Shown: positions 14,565-24,195 of the stretch, one piece after another
Position numbering within the stretch: position 1 is the stretch's first letter
Layout of the letters: the number at the start of each line of letters is the position of its first letter
The notes under the pieces: generated by a model
Database searches by the model: none
Told to the model about the DNA's origin: nothing
The model's input: only the letters and a program-made list of their open reading frames with translations
Made by a program: the position numbers and the translations under genes
NCBI GenBank assembly: GCA_039208735.1
Contig: JBCCQY010000086.1
Location: 1-37,187 of the forward strand
Source of the DNA: Myxococcota bacterium
GTDB taxonomy: Bacteria > Myxococcota_A > UBA796 > GCA-2862545
DNA length: 37,187 nt
Reading direction: 5' to 3'

Positions 14565-16313
14565 TCATCCCACATCCAGATCGATCATTGCATCTTGGAC
14601 GGGGGGCGGCAGGCCTTCACGTCGATGAAGGGCCTGACGTGCCGCCCATCGCAAAGCAGGGTTGGGGCCACGGAGGACGGCGACGACGCGCTGGGCACGT
14701 TCAACGGTCCACACCGCATACGCGTTGTAGAGCGAGCACATCCACCGCGATGACGCAGCAATGTCGGAGGGAGAGCCGTGGAGCAAGGTTGCGGTCGCGG
14801 ACTTTGCTAGGTCCGATAACCGATGCTCTGCGCGTTCCGACAACGCGTGCATCGCGGCGGCATGCGTTCCGTCGTCCGACCACAACGGTTCGTAGGCGGC
14901 GGCCCACTGCTCGACTTCGTCGACCGGGCATTCGGATAGGTCGATTCGAGGGATGGGGCCGGCCGCCGGTTCTATCCGCTCCACTGCCTCCCCATCGAGT
15001 CGAGCCAGTACATGGCGCCAATCGTCTTCGAGCACCAGCTCCCCTGCGGCCCAACCCTCCCTCACAAGTTCGGTCAGTCCGGTTTGCAAAAGGCAATCGG
15101 CGACGGCATCGGCCATGCCGGTCCGTCGCCAGGGGTTCAGCTCGAGCCACCGCTCTGGTTCGGGTCGATAACCCGCCCCCCAGAGGGCTCGGAGCATCTC
15201 GACCCGCATGTCGTCTCGCCCGCCGGGGTGGCCCACCCGACTCGGGGTTGCGATCCAGGCCCACACGAGTCCTGCGACGTCATCGGGCAGGGGCCTTGGG
15301 AAATGGTCGACGCAGGAGGCGAGGGCTTCGTTCGGCACCACCGCGATGGAGCACATCAAACCCTGCGCACGAGACCCAACCGACGACCGACGCAGCCAGG
15401 TGGCCAACGACCAGGCAACGGCCCGAACGTGGAGGTAGCGGTCGTAGCCATCGTAGGCGACAGCGGTGTTGAGGAGTTGATCGAACACACCGAGGAGTTT
15501 TGGGTGGCCAGTCCAGGCCGCGATGCGGGCGAGGTGAACGTCCGCACTCCAGCGGAGCCTTCGTTGCAGCGCCGTAGCGCGCCGGGCGACATAGCTCGCG
15601 GGGGCCCGCATCTCGAGCCTCTGCAAGACTTCGTGAGCGGCGTAAGCCTGGGCTGAGCTTGGCGCTCGAAGGCGGGTCTCAGAGGCACGTAGGTCGGGCA
15701 GCTCGGTCGCTTGGGCCCGCTTCACGAGTTCGTCGAGGAATGGAGCAGCGTGTCCCTCGGCCAGCCGCAAGGGCAACACGCGGTGAATCAACCACGTGTC
15801 GCCACGGGTGATCGCATCGCGGAGCCCGTCGTCGTCGATGAGCTTCGCCAGTGCGGAGGAGATAACGGACGCTCGCTCTGCTCGATCCGACATGACAATG
15901 TGGGTTTCGTCTTCGTGGACCAAAGCGTTCCGGATGGGCGCGAGCGTTTCGAGCGATCCAAGCGTGGTCCCTGTGCGTGCGAGCGCCGCAAGCAAAGGCG
16001 CGAAATGGGTTTGGAGGGAGTCTTCGAAACCGCGGAGCCCGTCGATGAGGTCGTGCGCCGTCAAGGGTGACCCTGGCTTACAAAGCACGCGCCATGCGGC
16101 GTTTCGAACCTGCTCAGCAGGATCCTGGCGAAGGGGCCAGATCACATCAACGGGGATTGGACCCGGGCTCTCGGCGAGAACCGTAAGGGCTTCAACGAGG
16201 CGAGTAGTCTGCCCCCAGAAGGGCGTGGCGTCTTCGGGGTGTTCGGGACGTAACCGGCGAGGTTGGCGTACGACCAAAAGGGCACTTCGGACGTCGATGG
16301 TGCGAGCGGTCAA
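14565..16313 (-). CDS. Hypothetical alpha-helical (HEAT-like) protein
   Basis: 582-codon Ala/Leu/Arg/Trp-rich ORF with DPAEQVRNAAW and PALRWAARQAL HEAT-like ends. TTG start uncertain. Confidence 0.55.
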   Translation of the reverse strand: MTARTIDVRSALLVVRQPRRLRPEHPEDATPFWGQTTRLVEALTVLAESPGPIPVDVIWPLRQDPAEQVRNAAWRVLCKPGSPLTAHDLIDGLRGFEDSLQTHFAPLLAALARTGTTLGSLETLAPIRNALVHEDETHIVMSDRAERASVISSALAKLIDDDGLRDAITRGDTWLIHRVLPLRLAEGHAAPFLDELVKRAQATELPDLRASETRLRAPSSAQAYAAHEVLQRLEMRAPASYVARRATALQRRLRWSADVHLARIAAWTGHPKLLGVFDQLLNTAVAYDGYDRYLHVRAVAWSLATWLRRSSVGSRAQGLMCSIAVVPNEALASCVDHFPRPLPDDVAGLVWAWIATPSRVGHPGGRDDMRVEMLRALWGAGYRPEPERWLELNPWRRTGMADAVADCLLQTGLTELVREGWAAGELVLEDDWRHVLARLDGEAVERIEPAAGPIPRIDLSECPVDEVEQWAAAYEPLWSDDGTHAAAMHALSERAEHRLSDLAKSATATLLHGSPSDIAASSRWMCSLYNAYAVWTVERAQRVVAVLRGPNPALRWAARQALHRREGLPPPVQDAMIDLDVG

Positions 16314-16774
16314 TTCGATAAACGAGCGCCGTCATCATCGACCTCGCCGTCCCCCGTCACCCCGGCGGCCGCACGTCGGGGTCTTCGTGCTCCTCGCTTC
16401 GCCGAGAGGTACTTATCGAGGATACCGATGTTGTGGCGTGCAAAACCAGGCATGACGTCGATTAACGCGCTGTGTCGAGCTTCGGGGTTGCGGGCTCAAG
16501 GAACGAGACGACTCCCACTCATCAGGTAGACCACCCCACCAAAGCCCTCGTCCTCGATGTGTGACCTCACGAAAATGCGCTGGCCCGTAGTGATGGTCCC
16601 GAAAGCCGGGGCTGCCAGGAAGTCGGTGGTTGATGTAGGGAGATTACCAAACCCAGACTCAAATGCCGTCATGATCAGCCCGAGGCATGCCTCCATCCAG
16701 AGTGAATAAGCGGCATTAAGTCGTCCATCGTGGACCCTCGGCGTACCCATCTATTGCTCCTAGGGGAGAATCAG

Positions 16775-17773
16775 ATGAAACGCCACGCGAGCATGTCCCA
16801 GACCGTCGAGGGAGACCACCCCCACCCTCACACGCTCCAGGCCACGATTCCTGACCGACTGCCGGCACCCCTCGTGCGCAGGCTGTCGGCCATCGACCCG
16901 GCTCGTGCAACGCGGGCGATCGGGGCGGAGTGGGGGATGATCGTTGCGGCTGTGCTCGTGAGCGCGTGGGGATTCGCGGAGAATCCGCTCGTCTATGGAC
17001 TTGCCGTCATGTTTATCGGTGCACGGCAGCATGCCCTTGCGATCATCGGGCACGATGCGGTTCACTTCCGCCTGTTCGGGAATCGGGCCCTCAATGACGC
17101 ACTCGGCAACCTGCTGGTTGCGTGGCCCATCTTCATGGACGTTCCAACGTTTCGAAGGTTCCATGGATCCCACCATCGTCACCTTGGCACCGAGGAGGAT
17201 GAGAACCGCAGGTTGTGGAACACGCACAACGCTGCGGGCGAGCTGACGCGGGAGTGGCGCTTTCCGAAATCGGCAGGAGGGCTTGTGGCGGTGCTCGCGG
17301 GTCGGGGCGCCTTTTTGACCGGCATCTGGTGGATCGTCCGTTCGCTGGCGGGCATGGTGTTGTTCCGCATCTCGTGGGCACCCGTCGCGGTACGGGTGGC
17401 CTACTACGCCACAATTCTCGGCATCGTTTCCATGTTGGGTGGATGGTCGATGGTGTTGTGGTACTGGCTGACGCCCTTTTGTACGTGGTACATCGTCATC
17501 CACTACGTTCGGCTCATCTGCGAGCACAGCGCCATACCATCCGACGAGGGGGCCTACGGTCAGACTCGCACGACGCTCGCGGGGCCCTTGGAACGGCTCT
17601 TCGTCCTTCCGCGAAACGTCCACTTTCACATCGAACACCATTGGTACCCGAGCGTACCCTGGTACAACCTGCCCGCCCTTCACCACGCACTGATGGCGCA
17701 GCCCGGGTTCCGCGATAGGGCCGTCGTCACGCCCTCGATGATGGCCTCTTTACGGCAGTGTGTCCGGTCTTGA
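16775..17773 (+). CDS. Membrane fatty acid desaturase family protein
   Basis: Three His boxes (HDAVH, HGSHH, HIEHH), hydrophobic segments, GGGGAG RBS before ATG 16775. Confidence 0.9.
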   Translation: MKRHASMSQTVEGDHPHPHTLQATIPDRLPAPLVRRLSAIDPARATRAIGAEWGMIVAAVLVSAWGFAENPLVYGLAVMFIGARQHALAIIGHDAVHFRLFGNRALNDALGNLLVAWPIFMDVPTFRRFHGSHHRHLGTEEDENRRLWNTHNAAGELTREWRFPKSAGGLVAVLAGRGAFLTGIWWIVRSLAGMVLFRISWAPVAVRVAYYATILGIVSMLGGWSMVLWYWLTPFCTWYIVIHYVRLICEHSAIPSDEGAYGQTRTTLAGPLERLFVLPRNVHFHIEHHWYPSVPWYNLPALHHALMAQPGFRDRAVVTPSMMASLRQCVRS

Positions 17774-17954
17774 GTCGGAAGCCTTACTCCGGCTCGCGGG
17801 TCCCTCGCCAGACGTCTTCACAAAGCGTCACGACCCAGGACTGCGACAGAGTTGTCTTACCTCTCGCGTCGCAACGCATCGCAATGACCCGCCAAGCACG
17901 TCCTCGTCGGACTTGGCGTGATTCGTGCACCTGGGCATCCCGACTGGAGACATC

Positions 17955-18599
17955 ATGAACCTGCACCGCTTATCCTTTGCCCTCGTCCTCCTCGCTGGCT
18001 GTCCACCCCTCGACACGATTTGTACCCTAGAAGCCCGTCCTTCCATCAGGCTGTCGGTCGTCGATGACTTGGGGGTACCCGTGCCCGGTGCCACCGCGAC
18101 GTACACGGCCAATGGCGCCGAGCTACAACCTTGTTTCGAAGATGGGCCAGGTGGGCTGACCTGTGCCTGGGAGGTCGCGGGTGATTTCGTAGTGACGATC
18201 GAAGCACCTGGGTTCGAGCCGGATACGTTCACGCAGTTCGTGGACGAAGATGAGTGCCATGTGATTACCGAAATGGTGGAACGCACTCTGATGCCCATCA
18301 ACTGCACGGACATTGCGCTGCCGAGTATTGAGGTATCGGTCACGGACAGCAAGGGAACCAGCATCGAAAGCGCCGATGTCGTATGGAACATGGCGGCCGA
18401 AGACGATCTTCCCGAGCCCTGCACCTCGTTGGGAGGCAACGTTTGGACCTGTGGCGAAGAGGTCGCGGGCGAACTGGTGGTCGAGATTTCGAATGCGGGT
18501 CCCTACGAAGCTTACCGCGAGGTCGTGACCGTCAGCGAGGATGAGTGCCACGTCATCACCGAGTCGCTCTCAGCCGTCCTTCAGGTTCTCGCTGACTGA
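17955..18599 (+). CDS. Lipoprotein with two tandem carboxypeptidase-regulatory-like repeats
   Basis: GGAGA RBS; lipobox LLAGC; two ~90-aa repeats CT...PSI..SV.D..G...C...C..EVAG...EDECHVITE. Confidence 0.8.
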   Translation: MNLHRLSFALVLLAGCPPLDTICTLEARPSIRLSVVDDLGVPVPGATATYTANGAELQPCFEDGPGGLTCAWEVAGDFVVTIEAPGFEPDTFTQFVDEDECHVITEMVERTLMPINCTDIALPSIEVSVTDSKGTSIESADVVWNMAAEDDLPEPCTSLGGNVWTCGEEVAGELVVEISNAGPYEAYREVVTVSEDECHVITESLSAVLQVLAD

Positions 18600-18746
18600 G
18601 TCCGCTCCAGGTACCTGGCGCAGTCCACTTCGAACGGAGATACCGGACTCATCGCGATGATACGAGGAGGTAGTCGAGGTGGACTTAAGGACACTTCGCG
18701 TCTTCTGTGCGCGGTCTCCGTCGCCCCGATCGTCCAGCCCGATAGC

Positions 18747-18952
18747 GCTGCAGCCATGGCCCAGTGGATTCGGCGACGAGGATACCGCGCGCGCGCGGTG
18801 GGGGGAGCCCCGGGCAGTCAATCTCCTTCGCTATCGAGGCGGGTCTTGGCGAGCTCGGTAAACATGGTTCGATCATTCATTCACAGTTCGGTTCCACCAC
18901 TCGATTTGCGGCGGTCCTGACCGAGATGCCACTCGTGGTCGACCAACCCGCC
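18747..18952 (+). pseudogene. Frameshifted internal fragment of a reductive dehalogenase / QueG-like 4Fe-4S protein
   Basis: AAAMAQWIRRRGYRARAVGG in one frame, then FAIEAGLGELGKHGSIIHSQFG...RFAAVLTEMPLVVDQP in another (shift ~18820). The Fe-S CxxCxxCxxxCP motif expected next is missing. Confidence 0.65.
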
Positions 18953-19026
18953 GACCGCCACAGACACATCGAGTTCGTCGACTTGAACACCCGTCACGGC
19001 AGCGGGGCGGGTTCTGGAGTCATTCC

Positions 19027-19066
19027 AAACAAACTTCGGGTGACCGCACCCTGCGGTCACCCGAAG
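19027..19066 (-). terminator. Rho-independent terminator after the RiPP precursor
   Basis: Perfect 15-bp stem CTTCGGGTGACCGCA / TGCGGTCACCCGAAG (19034-19066), 3-nt loop, then TTTGTTT on the - strand. Begins 12 nt after the precursor stop. Confidence 0.85.
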
Positions 19067-19078
19067 CGAGTGCATCGC

Positions 19079-19237
19079 TTACTTGAGGACGTAGTCTACG
19101 TCGCCACCGAAACCGGCGGTTCGGGTGTTGCCACTGCCGCCAGCGATCTCACGGAGCTCGGCTTCGGTCAGTTCGCGGGCGACCCGGCGTGCCAAAACAC
19201 GTTCCTTGCGCGGCTGTGCCTTCGTCATTTTCTTCAT
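19079..19237 (-). CDS. Graspetide (omega-ester RiPP) precursor peptide with double-glycine leader
   Basis: Hand translation: MKKMTKAQPRKERVLARRVARELTEAELREIAGG|SGNTRTAGFGGDVDYVLK* (52 aa). ATGA overlap with the ATP-grasp stop, AGGAG RBS, ELT..EL..I.GG leader motif. Confidence 0.88.
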   Translation of the reverse strand: MKKMTKAQPRKERVLARRVARELTEAELREIAGGSGNTRTAGFGGDVDYVLK

Positions 19238-20397
19238 GGGTGATCTCTCCTGGTTGGACTGGGACCATTCCCAGCCAAGTGTTGTGATTCGTGTTCGGAA
19301 ACCCCATCGTCGTGGTCGGAGTAGGCCTCACCGTGATCGCCGCGGACGTGGGCTTCGTCGATGGTTCGATCCAGCGCTGGATCGTGAAAGTCCGAAAAGC
19401 GCAATTCCGGCCGCCGAGCGGTGATGAGGCCCGTGCCTTCTTCGAGCAGACGGCAGAAGGCGTCCAGCACGGGCAGAGACGGACACTGCTCCTCGAGCCA
19501 AAGAAACTGCCCCGACTGGTTGACTTCGAGAAAGACCGTACGTCCGTCTGGCGTGACCATGAAGTCGAGGCAGCCGAACACGAGACCCAACCGATCCATC
19601 AGCGCAAGGCAACGACGTTCGAGGGATGGTTCGAGCCTTGCGGGAGTGAGCGTGTGCCCCTCAACGCCAGCTCGCCAGTCGACCTGCGAAGACGCGTGGG
19701 CCTGTGAATCGATTTGCACGACGAACAGCTGTCGACCGATGATGGTGACGCGAAGTTCGTGGCGCTTTTCGATCCGGGGTTGGTAGATCCCAGGCACCCA
19801 GGACAACACGGCATTGGGTGGCAAGTTGTCTTCATCGACGGTGGCGGTGTAGCTGACTGCCGCTCCATCCTCGAGGGCCCACGCACTCGTACGAAATGCC
19901 TTGTAGATCGTCTGGCCAGAGTGGGAGCCGAGGAAGGAACGGATTCGGGCGGGGTCACTCGAGATGAGGGTCGGGGGAACGTCGAGGCCAACCTGAGTGG
20001 CGATCGCAAGCTGTAGCGCCTTGTGCTCGGCACGAAGTGCGGCTTCGAGAGGATTGACCCAAAAGGCCTGCGGCGCCAAACAGTGACGGAGTCCCCAAAG
20101 CAGCCACCGCCACTCTTGGTTGGCAAACTCAAGATCTGCCGCATGCATTGCCTCGGGCAGTACTGCCGTCGTTGGACGTCGCCACCATACGCGGTCGAAT
20201 GGGCCGTCCAATGGACCCTCGGGACCCCTCAGTTCGATGTCGTAGGTCCCATCCTGCGCCAACGACATCGACACCGTCGCGCGTTGGGGCAGGTCGGTGT
20301 CATACCACAGCACTACATCGTGGCCCTTTTGTTCAAGGGCCCGTGCGACGACCTTTGCATGAATGTCATCGTGTTGAGTTGGCAGGAAGAGGCGCAT
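19234..20397 (-). CDS. MvdC/MvdD-family ATP-grasp RiPP maturase
   Basis: WVNP...EHKALQL..A..VGL.VP.TLIS, PGIYQPRIEKRHELRVT, VDWR, GLVFGCLDFMVTPDG..VFLEVN.SGQFLWLE. Confidence 0.9.
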   Translation of the reverse strand: MRLFLPTQHDDIHAKVVARALEQKGHDVVLWYDTDLPQRATVSMSLAQDGTYDIELRGPEGPLDGPFDRVWWRRPTTAVLPEAMHAADLEFANQEWRWLLWGLRHCLAPQAFWVNPLEAALRAEHKALQLAIATQVGLDVPPTLISSDPARIRSFLGSHSGQTIYKAFRTSAWALEDGAAVSYTATVDEDNLPPNAVLSWVPGIYQPRIEKRHELRVTIIGRQLFVVQIDSQAHASSQVDWRAGVEGHTLTPARLEPSLERRCLALMDRLGLVFGCLDFMVTPDGRTVFLEVNQSGQFLWLEEQCPSLPVLDAFCRLLEEGTGLITARRPELRFSDFHDPALDRTIDEAHVRGDHGEAYSDHDDGVSEHESQHLAGNGPSPTRRDHP

Positions 20398-20626
20398 TCG
20401 TCTCGAACCCCGGCTGTCGAGACTTCAATTTATGCCTGGTCGATGCCAAGTGACCGGTCCTGGAAGGCCTTGGGACACGTCGGGACCTTGGAAGGACGAA
20501 TGTAGTCGATTGACGGCTGGGAAGCATGGTTATGTTTTGTTAATCCGAATTTGGTCCAGTGTGTCCCATCGTGGACCATCGGCTCACACGGGGTCTCAAA
20601 CCGAGTAGCTAAGGACGGGAGGCACG

Positions 20627-22057
20627 ATGCTCGATGACGTGCCAGTCGACGTTTCGTGGTCACAGGCGGTCCTTGCCATGCTGTTGCGTCTTGGGACCGC
20701 ATCCGATCCCAAGGAGATTTGTGTTCGTGTAGAAGCCCTTCTCCTGGACCACATGGCAGATGACGCGCGATGCCTGTTCTACGATGAAGAGGAGGGCTTG
20801 CTCTGGTCGGCGAGGGACGCGTCGATGGAGGATGCCGCGGCCGCCAGTCTATCGGGACAGGTCGCCGCCCACGGAGAACTGCGATGCGTCGAGGAGGCGC
20901 GTCGTCTCGATGGCTACAACCCACGCATGGACGGCCAAGGCGAACGGTTTCTGGCGGTCCCCATCCAGGCGAAGGGGCCTCCCGTGCACGGAGTGCTTTG
21001 GGTGAGCCGCGGGTTTGGCGAGCCCCCGTTCGCGGCGTCCGATGTCAGCCAGCTTCAACTGCTGGTTCGTTTTTTGGCACCGCGGCTCGACGAGCTGACG
21101 TGGCGTTCCGACTTCGACGTCAATCAAGCGGTGTCTCCGTTGTTCATCGAAGGCCCTTACCGATCCGAAGCGTTGCAGGAGCTGATGCATCGACGGGAGC
21201 GGGGCGCTCTCCTACACTTCGATCGCGGCCTGCTGAACTCGGTTTACTGGGCCTTCGTCGGCGTTACGGTCCTCGCACTGTTCGGTATCGTGACCGTGCC
21301 CATCGGTGACGATGTGCAAGGGCCGAGCGTCGTGCGATTGGCGGGACGCTCCGAGGTGGTTGCGCTTCGAGATGGCGCCATCGCCGACATCGCGGTCCAG
21401 CCAGGTGAAGCAGTCGTGACCGGCCAGATCCTTGTCACCCTGCACGATGCGGCGGCAGCCGCCGAGTTTCGTCGTCTGGAGTTGGAATTCGAGGAACAAT
21501 TGCGTCATCTTCTGCGGAATCCCGATGACCCAGTGTCACGCCAGGCCGTGACGACCCTACGGGGCCAGCGTCTCGAGAGCCAGACGCGTCTTCGGGAACA
21601 CCAGGTTCGGTCTCCGGCCGATGGTGTGGTGCAGGACCTTTGGGTAACCATCGGCCATACCGTCGGTCGAGGGGACTTGCTTGTATCGTTGGCCGGCGAA
21701 GAGCCTCATCCGCAGGTTTGGGCCATTCTACCCGGCGAAGCCAGGCCGCGTATACGACCCGGGACAACGCTGGTCTTTCGACTCGATGGGTACCGAGATG
21801 CAACCCAACATTTGAGCATCGACGAAGTTTCGTCGCACGTGGTGCGGCCAATCGAGGTCCAGCGCCGGCTTGGGATTCCACCCGAGATGCTTCCCCGCCG
21901 ACCCGCGACCCTCGTTCGCGCTCGACTGGCCGATGCGTTTGCGTCGGCTGGCCACGAGTATCCGTTCCACGACGGCATGACGGGAACGGCCGAGGTTCGC
22001 ATTCGATCAACGACGCTCCTCTTTGCCGTCTTTCCGTCTTTGGAGGCATGGTTTTGA
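20627..22057 (+). CDS. HlyD-family periplasmic adaptor with N-terminal GAF domain
   Basis: GAF-like N-terminus (FLAVPI...GVLWV...PFAASD..LL), one TM helix, split lipoyl motifs (V.PGE.V..GQ.L / VRSPADGVV...G..V..GD.L), and terminal GMTGTAEV. Confidence 0.85.
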   Translation: MLDDVPVDVSWSQAVLAMLLRLGTASDPKEICVRVEALLLDHMADDARCLFYDEEEGLLWSARDASMEDAAAASLSGQVAAHGELRCVEEARRLDGYNPRMDGQGERFLAVPIQAKGPPVHGVLWVSRGFGEPPFAASDVSQLQLLVRFLAPRLDELTWRSDFDVNQAVSPLFIEGPYRSEALQELMHRRERGALLHFDRGLLNSVYWAFVGVTVLALFGIVTVPIGDDVQGPSVVRLAGRSEVVALRDGAIADIAVQPGEAVVTGQILVTLHDAAAAAEFRRLELEFEEQLRHLLRNPDDPVSRQAVTTLRGQRLESQTRLREHQVRSPADGVVQDLWVTIGHTVGRGDLLVSLAGEEPHPQVWAILPGEARPRIRPGTTLVFRLDGYRDATQHLSIDEVSSHVVRPIEVQRRLGIPPEMLPRRPATLVRARLADAFASAGHEYPFHDGMTGTAEVRIRSTTLLFAVFPSLEAWF

Positions 22058-24195
22058 GTCTCGCCACCCCCCGTCGGCGGTTGCGGCATGTGCAGCAACT
22101 CCAGGCGACTGATTGTGGGCCGGCGTGTCTGACGATCGTGCTTGGGTTTCATGGCCGACCCGTTCCGCTCGAAACGGTCCAAGAGGCTCTCGTCGTGGGG
22201 CGGGATGGCGCACGGGGCGAAGACCTGTTGCGCGTGGGAGAGGTGTTTGGGCTCCGCGGGCGCGGATTGCTCGTCGAGGGTGACGCGTTGTTGGAGCTGC
22301 CTCGTGGCGCAATCTTGCACTGGGGATTCGATCACTTCGTGGTGTTCGACCGGGTCAGGCGCCAACACGTCGACATTATCGATCCCGCGTCGGGTCGACG
22401 CCGTGTCTCGCTCAGTCGTTTTCGACGGTTGTTCACGGGGGCGGCCTTCGTCTTTGAACCGGCGGCCGACTTTACGCCCTCTCCCCGAAAACCTAGCCCC
22501 TACTGGGCACAGCTGCGACGCCTGCTCTTCGGTTCGGGTGTACTCGCCCAGATCGTGGTGGTGTCTTTCATCCTGCGAGGGGTTGCGCTCGCGGGGCCCG
22601 CCCTCACGGGATTGGTCATCGACTTGGTCATCCCGAGGTCAGACCTCGATCTGCTGCTGGCTATGGTGGGTGGCGCAGGGTTGGTAGTGGGGTTTCAGCT
22701 CGTCGCGTCCGCGATGCGGGGGCTGTTCCTGTTGCGGTTGCGAGGCCAGCTCGACCTCGACATGAACGTGGCCTTTCTCGACCACCTGTTGGCTTTGCCC
22801 TACGCGTTCTTCCATCGGCGGTCCGACGGTGACCTGCTGATGCGCATCAATGGTCACAGTACAGTGCGAGAATTGCTGACGACCAGTGCCATCGAGGCCT
22901 TGATCGACGGGCCTTTGGTGCTGCTGTACCTCATGGTCTTGTTGGCCGCGAGTCCGGTGCTTGCGTTGGTCGTCCTGGGCCTCGCCGCGTTGACGGTGGG
23001 TTCGTTTGCCGCAGGTCGGCTTCGATTCCGAGAACTGGCGACCCAAGAACTCGACGCTCGGGCTCGAGCCCAAGGCTACCTCGTGCATCTCGTGGGCGGC
23101 GTCGAGACACTCAAGGCTCAAGGTGTGGAGCGAGTGGCGGCGGAACGATGGTCGCATCTGTTCGTTGACGAGGTCAATGCGTCGCTCGAGCGAGGCCGTT
23201 GGACGGTGATCGCCGATGCGCTCAAGAGCGCGTTGGGGGTTGGAGGGCCGCTCCTGGTGCTTACCGTTGGCGCCGTGCAGGTGGTTGAGGGTACGCTATC
23301 GCTTGGGACCATGATGGCCATGTCGGCCGTGGCGGTCAGCATTCTGGGTCCGCTCGATGCGCTCATTGGACATGCTTTACAGTTGCAGGTTGTCCAGAGT
23401 TACGTCGAACGGATCGACGATGCACTGCGGACCAAGCCCGAGCGTAGGGGCTCGGTCGATGCACGGGCCCCACGGCTTTCCGGGAAGATTGAACTTGCCA
23501 AGGTGTGGTTCGGCTATCCCGGGCGTCGTCCCCTACTGCAAGACATCAGCGTCGACACTCCGGCCGGTTCGATGCTGGCCATTGTAGGGCCGTCTGGGGC
23601 GGGAAAGTCGACGTTGGCACGGTTGTTGGTCGGGTTGCACGAGCCAACGGCCGGCGAGATTCTCTTGGATGGGCGCAGATTGGCCACGCTCGATCTGCGT
23701 GCGGTGCGGTCCCAGATTGGGGTGGTGATGCAGAACACGCAGCTGTTGCCAGGATCGATTCGCGCCAACATTGCCTTGGGCTCCCCGAGCGCGAGCTTGC
23801 CGGATGTCATGGCGGCCGCCAAGCTGGCGGGGATTCACGAAACCATCGAACGGATGCCGATGGGCTACCACACGCTCGTTGGAGACGGAGGCATTGGGCT
23901 TTCGGGCGGCGAACTGCAACGTGTGGCCCTCGCAAGAGCCATCGTTGGACGCCCCGTGATGTTGCTCCTCGATGAGGCGACGAGCGCGATGGACGCCGAA
24001 ACCGAACTCCAGGTGATGCAGAACCTCGAAGGTATGGGTTGCACGCGGATTCTGATCGCGCATCGCTTGAGCACAGTCGTACATGCCGACCAGATTCTGG
24101 TCGTCGAAGACGGGCGCATCGTAGAACGCGGACGCCATGCGGAGCTGTTGACGCGCCGTGGACGGTACGCCGCGCTCGTAGAGTCGCAGCGATGA
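22054..24195 (+). CDS. Peptidase-containing ABC transporter (C39 + TMD + NBD)
   Basis: C39 Q...DCGPACL / HFVV / IIDP triad intact; Walker A GPSGAGKS, signature LSGGE, Walker B LLLDEA, IAHR. Likely start is TTG 22054 overlapping the HlyD stop (alternative ATG 22048). Confidence 0.92.
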   Translation: MSLATPRRRLRHVQQLQATDCGPACLTIVLGFHGRPVPLETVQEALVVGRDGARGEDLLRVGEVFGLRGRGLLVEGDALLELPRGAILHWGFDHFVVFDRVRRQHVDIIDPASGRRRVSLSRFRRLFTGAAFVFEPAADFTPSPRKPSPYWAQLRRLLFGSGVLAQIVVVSFILRGVALAGPALTGLVIDLVIPRSDLDLLLAMVGGAGLVVGFQLVASAMRGLFLLRLRGQLDLDMNVAFLDHLLALPYAFFHRRSDGDLLMRINGHSTVRELLTTSAIEALIDGPLVLLYLMVLLAASPVLALVVLGLAALTVGSFAAGRLRFRELATQELDARARAQGYLVHLVGGVETLKAQGVERVAAERWSHLFVDEVNASLERGRWTVIADALKSALGVGGPLLVLTVGAVQVVEGTLSLGTMMAMSAVAVSILGPLDALIGHALQLQVVQSYVERIDDALRTKPERRGSVDARAPRLSGKIELAKVWFGYPGRRPLLQDISVDTPAGSMLAIVGPSGAGKSTLARLLVGLHEPTAGEILLDGRRLATLDLRAVRSQIGVVMQNTQLLPGSIRANIALGSPSASLPDVMAAAKLAGIHETIERMPMGYHTLVGDGGIGLSGGELQRVALARAIVGRPVMLLLDEATSAMDAETELQVMQNLEGMGCTRILIAHRLSTVVHADQILVVEDGRIVERGRHAELLTRRGRYAALVESQR

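Noticed and set aside
16496..16750. Short minus-strand ORF ending GGVVYLMSG, resembling an FG-GAP protein tail
   Set aside because: Too short and degenerate to support; possibly a remnant but unverifiable by eye.
16775..17773. Desaturase as a RiPP tailoring enzyme
   Set aside because: It is on the opposite strand from the ligase and precursor, and separated from them by a terminator, a pseudogene and an unrelated lipoprotein.
18764..19243. 159-aa plus-strand ORF as a real gene
   Set aside because: It is a chimera of the dehalogenase-like remnant and the antisense of the terminator and precursor.
21640..22053. N-terminal extension of the ABC transporter in the ORF track (likewise 24039-24191 for the adaptor)
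   Set aside because: These overlap the upstream genes out of frame; coupled starts at 22054 and 24192 fit better.
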